64,000 nucleotides of DNA from Cytophagales bacterium. Lineage in GTDB: Bacteria > Bacteroidota > Bacteroidia > Cytophagales > Flexibacteraceae. Under the pieces are notes generated by a model. It ran no database searches. It was not told where the DNA came from and worked only from the letters and a program-made list of their open reading frames with translations. Shown here piece after piece: positions 18,450 to 28,019 of the stretch. The stretch spans positions 3,810 to 67,809 of the forward strand of contig JBBRCC010000007.1 of NCBI GenBank assembly GCA_038205175.1, in the 5' to 3' direction. Each line of letters starts with the position of its first letter. Positions within the stretch are counted from its first letter, which is position 1. The position numbers and the translations under genes are program-made.

Positions 18450-19700
18450 TTAAGCTACTTTTAGCTTACTGTCAGGCATAGCTTTTACACCAACCAAGTC
18501 CAGTTTTTCTTTCACGTAATCCAAGTCAATATTGAGGTATGGTGAAGTTTTTTCAGTAGGAATTTCGAACATGGCGTCTATCATTACTGATTCACAAATA
18601 GAACGCAAACCTCTGGCTCCTAGTTTGAATTGCATAGACCGTTCCACAATATATTCGAGTGCCTCTTCTGAAAAACTGAGTGACACATTTTCCATTTTAA
18701 ACAACTTTTGATATTGCTTGACGATGGCATTTCTTGGTTCAGTCAGGATTTGTTTGAGCGCATCTTTGTCCAATGGATCAAGGTGTGCTACAACAGGCAA
18801 GCGCCCAATTAATTCAGGTATAAGGCCAAACGATTTTAGATCTTGAGCATTGACAAAACGAAGCATATTGCCGTCTTTCACATCAATTTCTTCTTCTTCA
18901 GAAGAATTGAAACCAATTCTTCTGGCGTTCAATCTGCTGCCGATCATTCTCTGAATGCCGTCGAATGCACCTCCGCAGATGAACAAAATATTTTCGGTAT
19001 TCAGACTAATCATTTTTTGTTCTGGATGCTTTCTTCCTCCATTTGGGGGAACATTGACAATTGTGCCTTCCAATAACTTCAACAAGGCCTGCTGAACACC
19101 TTCGCCGCTTACATCTCTGGTAATGGATGGATTGTCGCCTTTTCGTGCAATTTTGTCTACTTCGTCTATGTAAACAATACCCATTTCTGCTGCAGCAACA
19201 TTGTAATCTGCCGCCTGCAATAGTCTTGTAAGAATGGTTTCAACGTCTTCACCCACATAGCCTGCTTCTGTAATCACCGTTGCATCGGCAATGCAAAAAG
19301 GTACTTGTAGCTTTTTAGCGAGCGTTTTGGCCAGATATGTTTTGCCAGTTCCTGTTTCGCCTACCAAAACAATGTTGCTTTTTTCAATGGTTACATCGTC
19401 TGAAGATGGTCCTTGAGAAATGCGCTTGTAATGATTGTAAACGGCAACTGATAATACTTTTTTGGCATTTTCCTGCCCAATCACATATTGGTCAAGGTGC
19501 TTTTTCAGCTCCTTGGGTGGTATAAGGCTAAATCCTTTGGTGGGTTTGGAGTCGTGCTTTATCGATTTCTCTTCTTCATCCAGAATTTCATTTGCCTTTT
19601 TTATGCAAAAATTGCAAATATGAACCTCCGGACCGGAAACAAGTAACAAAACCTCCTTTTTAGGCCTTCCACAAAATGTACATGAGATTGACTTCGCCAT
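18450..19700 (-). CDS. clpX: ATP-dependent Clp protease ATP-binding subunit ClpX
   Basis: N-terminal zinc finger CTFCGR...CNFC, Walker A GETGTGKT, and IDEVDKI. Confidence 0.95.
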   Translation of the reverse strand: MAKSISCTFCGRPKKEVLLLVSGPEVHICNFCIKKANEILDEEEKSIKHDSKPTKGFSLIPPKELKKHLDQYVIGQENAKKVLSVAVYNHYKRISQGPSSDDVTIEKSNIVLVGETGTGKTYLAKTLAKKLQVPFCIADATVITEAGYVGEDVETILTRLLQAADYNVAAAEMGIVYIDEVDKIARKGDNPSITRDVSGEGVQQALLKLLEGTIVNVPPNGGRKHPEQKMISLNTENILFICGGAFDGIQRMIGSRLNARRIGFNSSEEEEIDVKDGNMLRFVNAQDLKSFGLIPELIGRLPVVAHLDPLDKDALKQILTEPRNAIVKQYQKLFKMENVSLSFSEEALEYIVERSMQFKLGARGLRSICESVMIDAMFEIPTEKTSPYLNIDLDYVKEKLDLVGVKAMPDSKLKVA

Positions 19701-19710
19701 AGATTGTTGT

Positions 19711-20397
19711 TTATCTGGTCAGTACTTCGTCGATCAAACCGTATTCTTTTGCTTCTTCAGCCTTCATCCAGTAATCCCGGTCCGAATCTTTTTCAATTTT
19801 GTCAATTGGTTGTCCGGAATGATGAGAGATTATCTCATATAGTTCTTTTTTCAATATCAGAATTTGCTTGGCAGTAATTTCAATATCAGATGATTGGCCT
19901 TGAGCCCCTCCTGAAGGTTGGTGAATCATAATTCTGGCATGGGGCAAAGCTGATCGCTTGCCTTTGGCTCCACCACACAACAATACCGCTCCCATAGATG
20001 CTGCTAAACTTGTGCAAATGGTATTAACTTCAGGTCGAACATATTGCATCGTATCATAAATGCCTAATCCGGCATACACCGATCCACCTGGGCTATTGAT
20101 GTACAACAACACATCTTTTTTGGCATCAACCGATTCCAGAAAAAGCAATTGTGCAACCACGATATTGGAAACATTGTCATCAACGCCCATGCCTAAGAAA
20201 ATGATGCGGTCTGCCATAAGTCTGGAAAACACATCAATCTCTCTAAAATTAGTTGGACGTTCTTCAATAATTGCCCTGGTCATATTTTCAACTGCATGTA
20301 CACCGCCGGCCGAAACCTGCATGTATTTATCCACACCTAAGCCATTTAGCCCTGTATGTTGAACAGCGTATTTTCTAAATTCTTTTCCGAAGTCCAT
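19711..20397 (-). CDS. clpP: ATP-dependent Clp protease proteolytic subunit ClpP
   Basis: 228 aa. [10 protein letters not shown], catalytic-Ser context TSLAASMGA, and IMIHQP. Confidence 0.95.
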   Translation of the reverse strand: MDFGKEFRKYAVQHTGLNGLGVDKYMQVSAGGVHAVENMTRAIIEERPTNFREIDVFSRLMADRIIFLGMGVDDNVSNIVVAQLLFLESVDAKKDVLLYINSPGGSVYAGLGIYDTMQYVRPEVNTICTSLAASMGAVLLCGGAKGKRSALPHARIMIHQPSGGAQGQSSDIEITAKQILILKKELYEIISHHSGQPIDKIEKDSDRDYWMKAEEAKEYGLIDEVLTR

Positions 20398-20399
20398 AT

Positions 20400-21743
20400 T
20401 TAGTTTAATTCTTGTTTAACCAATTCTTCAAATTCCTCAATGCTTACCACTTTAGTATCCAGTTTACAAAACTGACGGAAATGTGCTGTTACTATTTCAT
20501 CAACTGCTTTGGTGATCATAGCGTTCACATTTTTTCCTTTTTCTGCATTCAGGTAGTTTTTGATAAACCCTTGCAGCACATCATCGGACAATGAACCAAG
20601 GCCATAATTGCTGTATTCTTTCAGCAAATGTTTTCGGGTAGTTTCTTCGAGCGCTGCATCATCCACTTTCCAATCGTTGGCTTTAAACAGCGAATCGGTT
20701 ATGAGGCTCCATCTGGTGTCTTCCAAATAATAAGTAAACGATCGGTCGAGATCTGCCTGACTTGGTTCACCTTCAATCCGCAAGTTAAATTGTTTTCTAA
20801 GCAGCTCTTCAGAAAGCTCCATTTGGGTGTTTTTGAGTAAATAATTTCTCAATGAAACCTGAAAAAACTGAGCTGACTCTGTATTATAAACATCAGAAAA
20901 CATTTCGTTCACCTTTTCTAAAAAAGCTTCTTCAGTCGTCACTGAATCTTTGCCAAGCAACTTGTCAAAAAGCTCCTGGTCGAGTGGTGCAAGTTCTGTT
21001 CTTGAAATGCTTTCTAATGTAAACCCAAAATCACCTTTTAGTTCCGAAGCTTTTTCTGCAGAAAGACCGGTGATAATTTTTAAATCGTTTGCCTCAAAAG
21101 CAGACTGAATGTCGAACGGTTTCGACGTTTTCCCTATTTCCAGACCTATAAGTACCTTCTGAGATGCACCCAAAGCTTTTTTGATTGGAATGGCTACTTT
21201 CAGGGCATCTGATCCTTCTTGAACGAGCGCACCGAATACTGTATCGCCTTCTTCGGCAACGGTAGCATCTACAGGTTTGCCCATCTGCCTTCTTTGATCT
21301 TTGATGTATTTATCAACCTTATCTTGATTCACTTTAATTTCTGGCCATGTTATGGTTACAGAAGCTGCATCAGGTACTTGCACGCTTGGCTTAAGTGCCA
21401 AATCAAACTTGTAGTTAAATTCTTCTTGGTTAAGCCAATTGTCGTCTTGCGAGGCCGGATGCGTGTTGAGCAACAATTGTCCCAATACATCAATTTCGTT
21501 GTCACGCAGGTATTTTTCTACTTCACCAAAAACAACGTCATTGATGACATCAGCCTTGATGCCTTTGCCATACATTTTTTCGATTACAGATGGAGGAACT
21601 TTGCCAGGTCTGAATCCTTTTAAACTGGCTTTTTGGCAATATTCCTTAATTTTTTTCTTGAAGCTGTCCTGAAAGTCGGTAACAGTAACATCAACTGATA
21701 ATAAGGCAGCGGCCTGGTTGGTTTTATCGAACGCAATTTGCAC
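20400..21743 (-). CDS. tig: Trigger factor
   Basis: 447 aa. N-terminal ribosome-binding GFRPGKVP motif. Gene order tig-clpP-clpX. GTG start. Confidence 0.85.
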   Translation of the reverse strand: MQIAFDKTNQAAALLSVDVTVTDFQDSFKKKIKEYCQKASLKGFRPGKVPPSVIEKMYGKGIKADVINDVVFGEVEKYLRDNEIDVLGQLLLNTHPASQDDNWLNQEEFNYKFDLALKPSVQVPDAASVTITWPEIKVNQDKVDKYIKDQRRQMGKPVDATVAEEGDTVFGALVQEGSDALKVAIPIKKALGASQKVLIGLEIGKTSKPFDIQSAFEANDLKIITGLSAEKASELKGDFGFTLESISRTELAPLDQELFDKLLGKDSVTTEEAFLEKVNEMFSDVYNTESAQFFQVSLRNYLLKNTQMELSEELLRKQFNLRIEGEPSQADLDRSFTYYLEDTRWSLITDSLFKANDWKVDDAALEETTRKHLLKEYSNYGLGSLSDDVLQGFIKNYLNAEKGKNVNAMITKAVDEIVTAHFRQFCKLDTKVVSIEEFEELVKQELN

Positions 21744-21881
21744 AATCCGAGCGGGGTAATTTTTTGTAAAATGTTATAAATGAGCAACAAAAAAAGGCTG
21801 CTTAAACCTACTTTGACTTTGTTAGTTGATAGAGATCAAAAAACAGGCCCGGAAATTTAAACAGCCAATTTGACTCATTTG

Positions 21882-21963
21882 TGCGGATGAAGGGACTCGA
21901 ACCCCCACGCCTTGCGGCGCCAGATCCTAAGTCTGGTGCGGCTACCAATTACGCCACATCCGC
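21882..21963 (-). tRNA. tRNA-Leu (anticodon TAG), CCA not encoded
   Basis: Acceptor stem GCGGATG/CATCCGC. Anticodon stem CCAGA/TCTGG with loop CTTAGGA. Long variable arm CGCCGCAAGGCG. T-loop TTCGAGT; the T-stem has two G-U pairs. Confidence 0.8.
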
Positions 21964-21964
21964 A

Positions 21965-21994
21965 GAAAAAGGAGTGTAAAAGTACCTCCTTTTC
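21965..21994 (-). terminator. Possible terminator after the lipoprotein gene at 22022..22966
   Basis: AAAGGAG/CTCCTTT 7-bp stem with an 11-nt loop and flanking A/T runs. Confidence 0.35.
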
Positions 21995-22021
21995 CTGTAC
22001 ATCCAAATATTTGTTGAAAAA

Positions 22022-22966
22022 TCAGTAACTAAATATTTCCGAACCTAAAATACCACCTGAAGTTTGCCAGCTAAGTTTCCAGCCGTAAGCACATGTGGTT
22101 TGTGTAGGATTGCCTTCCTGATTTACTCCAAATGCAATGGTTACCAGGTTGTTATTCGATCGGTGGTCGATTGTTCCCGCCACAGGGCGCCAAACCTGGC
22201 AATAGGTATTCGATAACAATGGGCTTTGATATGAATTTGTAAATACGTGGCCATATCTGCTTACACCCCATGTGTCGGTATTTGCCTGGCCATCAATAGT
22301 TGTGTCGCCTATGGCTTTGAAGGCAGTATGTGGCGATGTTCCTACCCTGTAGCGTTTCCACTGGGTGAGCCGGGCGATGGAGAAAGTAGTTTGAGCTCCT
22401 CCATCGAAGGTAGCAGTTAAATTTGTGCCTCTTTCTCTGTAAAGTAACGAATCTGAGTATGTCAAAAAGCCTATCCAATTGGTGCCTCGCACGTTGGTCA
22501 AATGTTTCATGCCGTTGATGGTTAAAGACTTGTTGTCTCTCAATGTTGTAACCTTGTAGTTTTGGTAAGTGATTTCAATCACAGCACCTGCACTTCTCCA
22601 ATTGCTACCCTGCACTAGTTCGAATTTAATACTGCCTGCTCTTGTTCGGCTTGGCGAACCACAAGGGTTTATACCATCAAAATTTAGGGTGATTATTCTG
22701 GCACTTCGCTGCGATGCATCGATGGTGCAGCCACAAACCGGATTAGAAATTGAATCTGTTTGTGCAATTCTACCGCCATTTAGTTCTGGAAAATTTTCCA
22801 AAGCAGTCTGAATATCTGAATTTGAATCATCGCTTTCATTTTTCAGATTTTGGGTGTCGTCTGTTTGTTGAACAGTTTGTGGGTCGGCCACATTCGCATC
22901 TTCTTTTTCTTTTTTACAAGCCATCAAGGAAATTACAAGCAAGCAAACTACAAGAATGTTTTTCAT
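22022..22966 (-). CDS. Hypothetical lipoprotein
   Basis: Lipobox LMAC, then an acidic low-complexity linker (DDTQNLKNESDDSNSD), then a roughly 240-aa beta-rich body. No family recognised. Confidence 0.5.
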   Translation of the reverse strand: MKNILVVCLLVISLMACKKEKEDANVADPQTVQQTDDTQNLKNESDDSNSDIQTALENFPELNGGRIAQTDSISNPVCGCTIDASQRSARIITLNFDGINPCGSPSRTRAGSIKFELVQGSNWRSAGAVIEITYQNYKVTTLRDNKSLTINGMKHLTNVRGTNWIGFLTYSDSLLYRERGTNLTATFDGGAQTTFSIARLTQWKRYRVGTSPHTAFKAIGDTTIDGQANTDTWGVSRYGHVFTNSYQSPLLSNTYCQVWRPVAGTIDHRSNNNLVTIAFGVNQEGNPTQTTCAYGWKLSWQTSGGILGSEIFSY

Positions 22967-22992
22967 AAGTCTGGAGATTAAAAAATGATAAA

Positions 22993-23024
22993 CAAAAGTA
23001 TTGATTGATTATTGTGATTGCAAA
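22993..23024 (-). promoter_or_regulatory. Candidate Bacteroidota promoter (-33 TTTG, 20-nt spacer, -7 TACTTTTG)
   Basis: The minus strand reads TTTGcaatcacaataatcaatcaaTACTTTTG. The -7 box ends 26 nt upstream of ATG 22966. Confidence 0.45.
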
Positions 23025-23079
23025 TGCCCATGCTTTTGATAATGTATGATATTGAACTGAATTTCAGGTAAATACTTGA

Positions 23080-24447
23080 CTATGCATGCCTTATTCTCCA
23101 CTCTTGAGGATAATAATTATTGAACCTGTTTCCCAAATTTTTCATCCAACCCAGGCAGTGGCCTTGGTGTTTAACTATCAAAATTCCCTTGGGTGCATTT
23201 GGCAAATCGAAAGTTTGTTTTCGTAGGTAATTTTGCGCTTGCTCCAGATCTAATTCTATAGCAGCGAAATTGGCAAAAGTATGAAGTTGGCTTAGCGCTA
23301 GGTCTTGTTGCGGAATGGCATCTTGTCTTTGGATCGAGAGTAAACCTATTCCTGTTTTCACTACCCAAACATATCTGTTTATCAAATTTACGAATCCAGC
23401 CCATTTTTCTGGCAGTGCCAACACCTGATCGTTTTGCGAAAATACGGCTATCTGATGTTTTAATTCAGGTAAATTCCTGTCAATCAGTTGGTAAGTTTGT
23501 TTGTTTGGCTGTCTGATCCAGGGTTCTTTCATTTTGTAAGTTTGCACTTTTACCCGAAATCCTGGTTTTTGAAGTACGGCCAGAAAAAAGCCCTCTCCTA
23601 AAGTTTTATGAGGTAAAAATCGGAAGGCTTGAATTTGCTTATAATCTGAGGCAGAAATTTGCTCAGGGGTTGGGTTCTGAATTTCCGGTTGACTAAAGTC
23701 ATGTGTTTTTCTAAAACCAGCTAAAACACCTTCGTTTTCTATTTGGTTGAAAGTACATGTAGAGTAAATGAGATAACCTCCCGGTTGAAGCATTTCCCAT
23801 GCTTGTTTCAGAATTTCTTCCTGTCGTTCAGCGCAGAATTGGACATTATCTATAGACCATTCTTCCATGCTTGCCGGATTTTTTCGAAACATGCCTTCTC
23901 CAGAGCATGGCATATCGGCAACAATAAGATCAAAAGTTGGCCCCAATTCAGCCAATTGTTCTGGTTCTGCTTGGATTACAATGGTATTGGAAGCGCCCCA
24001 TTTGCTGATGTTTTCTGCCAGAATATTTGAGCGTTGTTTGACGATTTCATTGGAAACCAAAAAGGCATCGGGTGGGAGGGTCGACAATAGACCGCAGGAT
24101 TTTCCTCCAGGTGCTGCACATAAATCCAAAACCAAAGGAGCGTCCGGCAGCGGCAATTGCAACACTATTTCATCTACAAAAGTAGACGAAGCTTCTTGGA
24201 CATAGTAGGTTCCGGCATGCAATAATGGATCAAGAATAAATGCAGGTCGTTGCGATAGAAATGCAGCCAAATGCGACCAGGGAACCAATTCCGATATGGG
24301 TAAATGGTTTGTTGGAAAACTTTTTTCCGGGTTGAATCTGACCGAGGTTACCGGTTCATTTTCAATGGCTTGCAGTAAGTCAGAGGCCTCTTGCCCAAAC
24401 TGCTTTTTTATAGCCTTTTTAAAATCTACCGGGAGTGTTTGAGGCAA
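23080..24447 (-). CDS. RsmB/RsmF (NOP2/Sun) family RNA cytosine-C5 methyltransferase
   Basis: 455 aa. SAM motif DLCAAPGGKS, catalytic DMPCSGEG and TCT region, RsmF-like C-terminal extension. Apparent TTG start. Confidence 0.75.
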   Translation of the reverse strand: MPQTLPVDFKKAIKKQFGQEASDLLQAIENEPVTSVRFNPEKSFPTNHLPISELVPWSHLAAFLSQRPAFILDPLLHAGTYYVQEASSTFVDEIVLQLPLPDAPLVLDLCAAPGGKSCGLLSTLPPDAFLVSNEIVKQRSNILAENISKWGASNTIVIQAEPEQLAELGPTFDLIVADMPCSGEGMFRKNPASMEEWSIDNVQFCAERQEEILKQAWEMLQPGGYLIYSTCTFNQIENEGVLAGFRKTHDFSQPEIQNPTPEQISASDYKQIQAFRFLPHKTLGEGFFLAVLQKPGFRVKVQTYKMKEPWIRQPNKQTYQLIDRNLPELKHQIAVFSQNDQVLALPEKWAGFVNLINRYVWVVKTGIGLLSIQRQDAIPQQDLALSQLHTFANFAAIELDLEQAQNYLRKQTFDLPNAPKGILIVKHQGHCLGWMKNLGNRFNNYYPQEWRIRHA

Positions 24448-24456
24448 TTCCTGAAT

Positions 24457-25065
24457 TTAATTCCTGTGATTTAGTTCGTCTCGGATTTTGGCAGCCTTTT
24501 CGTAGTCTTCCTGACCCAAGGCTTCTTCCAACATGCTTCGAAGTTGATCTGTGCTTGTGTCTTTCAACAAGTCCAAAAAGTTTTTGTTGCTGGCATCTTC
24601 GGCTTCTACCAGTTCACTGCTAAACTCATCATCATCTTCTTCAGGGAAGTCGTTCATCACAATGCCTGCTTCGCTCAAAATAAACTCATAGGTAGAAATG
24701 GGAACGCCAAAACGAAGGCCGATTGCTATTGCATCTGATGGTCTGGCGTCTATGTCTACCGTGTTTACTCCATCGCTACACATGATTTTGGCAAAGAATA
24801 CACCTTCTTTTAAATCAGAAATAATGATTTCTTCGACCGTATAATGGAAGAGCTCGGCGAAAGACTTGAATAGATCGTGCGTCATAGGCCTGTTAGGCAC
24901 TATTTTTTCAATTTCAATGGCAATGGCCTGAGCTTCGAACATACCTATAATGATGGGAAGTCTGCGACCTCCACCTACTTCACCTAAAACAAGCGCAAAC
25001 GAACCTTGTTGCGATTGGCTTGAGGACAAGCCCAAAATTTCTAACCTTATCTTGTTGACAGCCAC
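24457..25065 (-). CDS. Bifunctional nuclease (BFN/DUF151) family protein with C-terminal UVR motif
   Basis: 202 aa. LPIIIGMFEAQAIAIEIE..PNRPMTHDL core and C-terminal EDYEKAAKIRDEL (UvrB/C-like). GTG start. Confidence 0.7.
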   Translation of the reverse strand: MAVNKIRLEILGLSSSQSQQGSFALVLGEVGGGRRLPIIIGMFEAQAIAIEIEKIVPNRPMTHDLFKSFAELFHYTVEEIIISDLKEGVFFAKIMCSDGVNTVDIDARPSDAIAIGLRFGVPISTYEFILSEAGIVMNDFPEEDDDEFSSELVEAEDASNKNFLDLLKDTSTDQLRSMLEEALGQEDYEKAAKIRDELNHRN

Positions 25066-25126
25066 TCAGCTATATCTGTTTGATTCTGTTGATCGGACCA
25101 ATAATGCTCAAAAGTAGAACTTTGAC

Positions 25127-26089
25127 TTAGATCTTTGATAAAGCTTGCGTTAATTTTGGAACTACTTCAAATGCATCGCCTACAATTCCGTAGTCTGCCA
25201 CCTTGAAAATGGGAGCGTCGGGATCTTTATTTATGGCCACGATTACCTTCGACGCATTGATGCCTGCAATGTGCTGAATGGCTCCGCTGATGCCAATAGC
25301 AATATATAAGTTTGGACTTACTTTAATGCCGGTTTGACCAACGTGTTCGTGATGGGGTCTCCAATCCAGATCGGAAACGGGTTTTGAACAACCAGTAGCT
25401 GCATGTAAAGTTTTGGCAAGATCAGTGACTAAGCTCCAGTTTTCAGGGCCTTTCAATCCTCGACCTCCGGAAACTACAATGTCTGCTTCAGGTAACGAAA
25501 TTGCTGATGTAGCTTTTTCTTGCCCGGTTACTTTAACAGAAGTGTCAGCATCAGAAAGGGTAACTGCCAGTTTTTCTACCTGTATGGACACCGGAGATTC
25601 GCTCAACTCAATGGCGTTTTTCTTTACCGACAATACCTTGATGTCTGATTCCAGCTTTACTGTAGCAAAGGCTTTACCTGTGAAAATACTTCGTTTTACT
25701 TCAAATCCGCCGTTGGTTGAAGGCAAGGAAACCACATTGGTGGTCATAGACGCTTTTAATGCGGCTGTTGTTCGTGGTAAAACAGCGTCCGACAAATTGG
25801 ATTTTGCACCGATTATGACTTTTGCCGAGCAACTTTTAGCCGCTTGGGTTAGCGCTGCTGATACCGGGGCAATAGCGAAATTTTTGAAAGGGTCTCCTTC
25901 AAGCAAATAAGCTTTTTCGACGCCATATTTTCCTAGCGCTTGTATTTCAGCTTCGCTTGCTTCGCCGGCTACCAACGCTGTAACCTGGGAATTTATTTGT
26001 GTAGCTACCGCTTTCGCATAGCAGGCAGCTTCGATCGATGATTTTTTAATGCTGCCTTCGGCGGCTTCTATAAAAACAAGTATTGACAT
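25127..26089 (-). CDS. etfA: Electron transfer flavoprotein subunit alpha
   Basis: 320 aa. C-terminal FAD-binding region VVSGGRG...GQTG..V.P.LYIAIGISGAIQH.AG. Confidence 0.9.
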   Translation of the reverse strand: MSILVFIEAAEGSIKKSSIEAACYAKAVATQINSQVTALVAGEASEAEIQALGKYGVEKAYLLEGDPFKNFAIAPVSAALTQAAKSCSAKVIIGAKSNLSDAVLPRTTAALKASMTTNVVSLPSTNGGFEVKRSIFTGKAFATVKLESDIKVLSVKKNAIELSESPVSIQVEKLAVTLSDADTSVKVTGQEKATSAISLPEADIVVSGGRGLKGPENWSLVTDLAKTLHAATGCSKPVSDLDWRPHHEHVGQTGIKVSPNLYIAIGISGAIQHIAGINASKVIVAINKDPDAPIFKVADYGIVGDAFEVVPKLTQALSKI

Positions 26090-26115
26090 GGTATTTCTCT
26101 TTTGGTGTGGATAGA

Positions 26116-26856
26116 TTAAATCACTTTGGCTTCGCTTTTTAGCAGGGAAACAAGCTGCTCAACCTGATCTGCATCTACATACTTGCAACCCGATTTGGCA
26201 GGTGGAAGTTCAAAGTTTAATGTTTTGACTTTTAAATCTGTAGAGGTAGGCTCAACAACCTGAAGTTGCTTAGTTCTGGCCGACATGATGCCTCGCATAC
26301 TGGGTATTTTCCATTCGGCAATCGGTTCCTGGCAACCAACCACCAAAGGTAAATTGGCTTGAAGAAACTCTTTACCTCCTTCAATTTCTCTACTTATTGA
26401 TAAAGTAGTGCCTTCAATATCTAGTTTCATTACAGGCGTAACAACTTGCCAGCCCAACATTTCGGCAACAAATGAATGCACCACGCCACTATTGTAGTCA
26501 ATACTTTCACGACCCATCATCACCAAATCGTAGTTGCCCGATTTGGCTACTTCAGCAATTTGCGTGGCTACAAACCAGCTATCTACAGGAGCTGCATTCA
26601 CCCTGATGGCGTCGTCGGCACCGATGGCTAAAGCTTTTCTGATAACAGGTTCAGTATCGGCCAAGCCTACATTTAATGCTGTGATATGCGTGGCTTTACC
26701 TGTTTCTTTCAATTCAACCGCTCTAGCCAATGCATAATCATCGTAAGGTCCAATGATGAATGTAACTCCATTGGGATCGAGCTGGGTGTTGTTGTTGGTA
26801 AAACTGATTTTGGAAGTGGTGTCAGGCACCGAGGTTATACAAACAAGTATTTTCAT
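26116..26856 (-). CDS. etfB: Electron transfer flavoprotein subunit beta
   Basis: 246 aa. MKILVCI..VPD start and typical EtfB length. Lies immediately upstream of etfA. Confidence 0.9.
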   Translation of the reverse strand: MKILVCITSVPDTTSKISFTNNNTQLDPNGVTFIIGPYDDYALARAVELKETGKATHITALNVGLADTEPVIRKALAIGADDAIRVNAAPVDSWFVATQIAEVAKSGNYDLVMMGRESIDYNSGVVHSFVAEMLGWQVVTPVMKLDIEGTTLSISREIEGGKEFLQANLPLVVGCQEPIAEWKIPSMRGIMSARTKQLQVVEPTSTDLKVKTLNFELPPAKSGCKYVDADQVEQLVSLLKSEAKVI

Positions 26857-26950
26857 TGGCGTGGTGTATTGTTGTCCTTGATTAGAATCGAATTTGCGAC
26901 AGGATGTTTAATTTGCCGTGAAAATAGAACAGTTTGACGCAAAGAAAAAA

Positions 26951-27271
26951 ATGAACCCGAACCGAATTGAATTCTTAAACTCACTTTTGGCCGAAACGCC
27001 CGAAGACCCTTTTTTATACTATGCCCTTGGCCTTGAATATGTGAACCATGAACCGCAAAAAGCCAAAGAATATTTTGAGATCGTTTTTTCTACTTTTCCT
27101 GAATATTTGCCCAACTATTATCAGCTTGGAACACTTCTGGGTGAAATGGGCCAAAAGGAAAAGGCATTGGAAGTTTTTGAAAAAGGAATTTCAAAGGCCA
27201 AAGAGAGCAATGACCGACACACTTTGTCTGAACTTCAAAGTGCTTATCAGAATTTATTGATGGAAGACTAG
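26951..27271 (+). CDS. Small TPR-repeat protein
   Basis: About 106 aa from ATG 26951; the track start at 26918 is GTG. TPR-like helices (YYALGLEY, YYQLGTLLGEMGQKEKALEVFEKGI). Confidence 0.5.
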   Translation: MNPNRIEFLNSLLAETPEDPFLYYALGLEYVNHEPQKAKEYFEIVFSTFPEYLPNYYQLGTLLGEMGQKEKALEVFEKGISKAKESNDRHTLSELQSAYQNLLMED

Positions 27272-27281
27272 TATCTTAAAA

Positions 27282-27884
27282 CTAGTTAAGGCCTTGCAAA
27301 ACAGCCAGCAAAAGTTTTAAGCTAATCCTTGATTTGTAATTAGGGTTGATGTGTTCAAAAAGAATAGCTCCTTGCTTGTCCAATATAAATAAAGCTGGAA
27401 CAGGCAATGAAGTTTTATTGCTCCCGCCTGAGACCTGCTCAATGGTTTTTATATAGTTATCTGGAGCTTGAAATGCAATTCCCACAGCCTGAGAAAATAA
27501 GCCTGAGCTATCAGAAAGTAATTGATAGGACAATTTTCCTTTTTCGCCAGTTTGCTTCAGTAAGCTTGGTTGGTCAGGGCTAATGGCAATGATCTGGTAT
27601 CCCATTTTAATGATCTCATCTGATGCTTCTCCTAAAGCAGATAAATGTTGGCTGCAAAACGGGCACCAACCACCACGGTAAAATACAAGTACAGTTGGCT
27701 TTTCTTTGAACAATTGTTTTAGTTCTGTTCGTTTGGCATCTGCATTGGCGAGAAACATTTCAGGCATTGATTCTCCGACAAGCAACGGACTAATGTCTTC
27801 TGGTTTTTGAGGCAGTTGAGCAAATGAAGTTAGGGTTGCGAAGTAAAATAGCAATGTGGCAAAAATGATCAGTTGTGTTTTCAT
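27282..27884 (-). CDS. Secreted thioredoxin-fold peroxiredoxin-like (AhpC/TSA/redoxin) protein
   Basis: Signal peptide begins at ATG 27884. Active-site context FYRGGWCPFCSQH. Confidence 0.7.
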   Translation of the reverse strand: MKTQLIIFATLLFYFATLTSFAQLPQKPEDISPLLVGESMPEMFLANADAKRTELKQLFKEKPTVLVFYRGGWCPFCSQHLSALGEASDEIIKMGYQIIAISPDQPSLLKQTGEKGKLSYQLLSDSSGLFSQAVGIAFQAPDNYIKTIEQVSGGSNKTSLPVPALFILDKQGAILFEHINPNYKSRISLKLLLAVLQGLN

Positions 27885-27969
27885 AGAACTTGTTTTTACA
27901 AGAATGAACTTTTTTGCCGGTTGTGAATGTCTTTTGAGCGACAGATCCTGACTTCGTAGAATTGGACTC

Positions 27970-28005
27970 AAAAAAAAATCCACCAGTATCTGATGGATTT
28001 TTTTT
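27970..28005 (-). terminator. Rho-independent (bidirectional) terminator after the 1325-aa gene
   Basis: A9 run, 9-bp stem ATCCACCAG/CTGATGGAT with one mismatch and a 3-nt loop, then a T8 run. Lies 15 nt past the stop. Confidence 0.55.
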
Positions 28006-28019
28006 CGAAGGCCTCGCTG

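Noticed and set aside
21744-22021. tRNA-Leu as a possible integration site for a mobile element or genomic island.
   Set aside because: No integrase, direct repeat of the tRNA 3' end, or phage/ICE genes are nearby. The flanking genes are tig and an ordinary lipoprotein gene.
25413-25910. 165-aa + strand ORF inside etfA; similarly 695..1138 (-) inside paaD, 2906..3457 (-) inside the LTD gene and 16604..16999 (-) inside frr.
   Set aside because: These are antisense to confidently identified conserved genes. They have no motifs and are typical long shadow frames.
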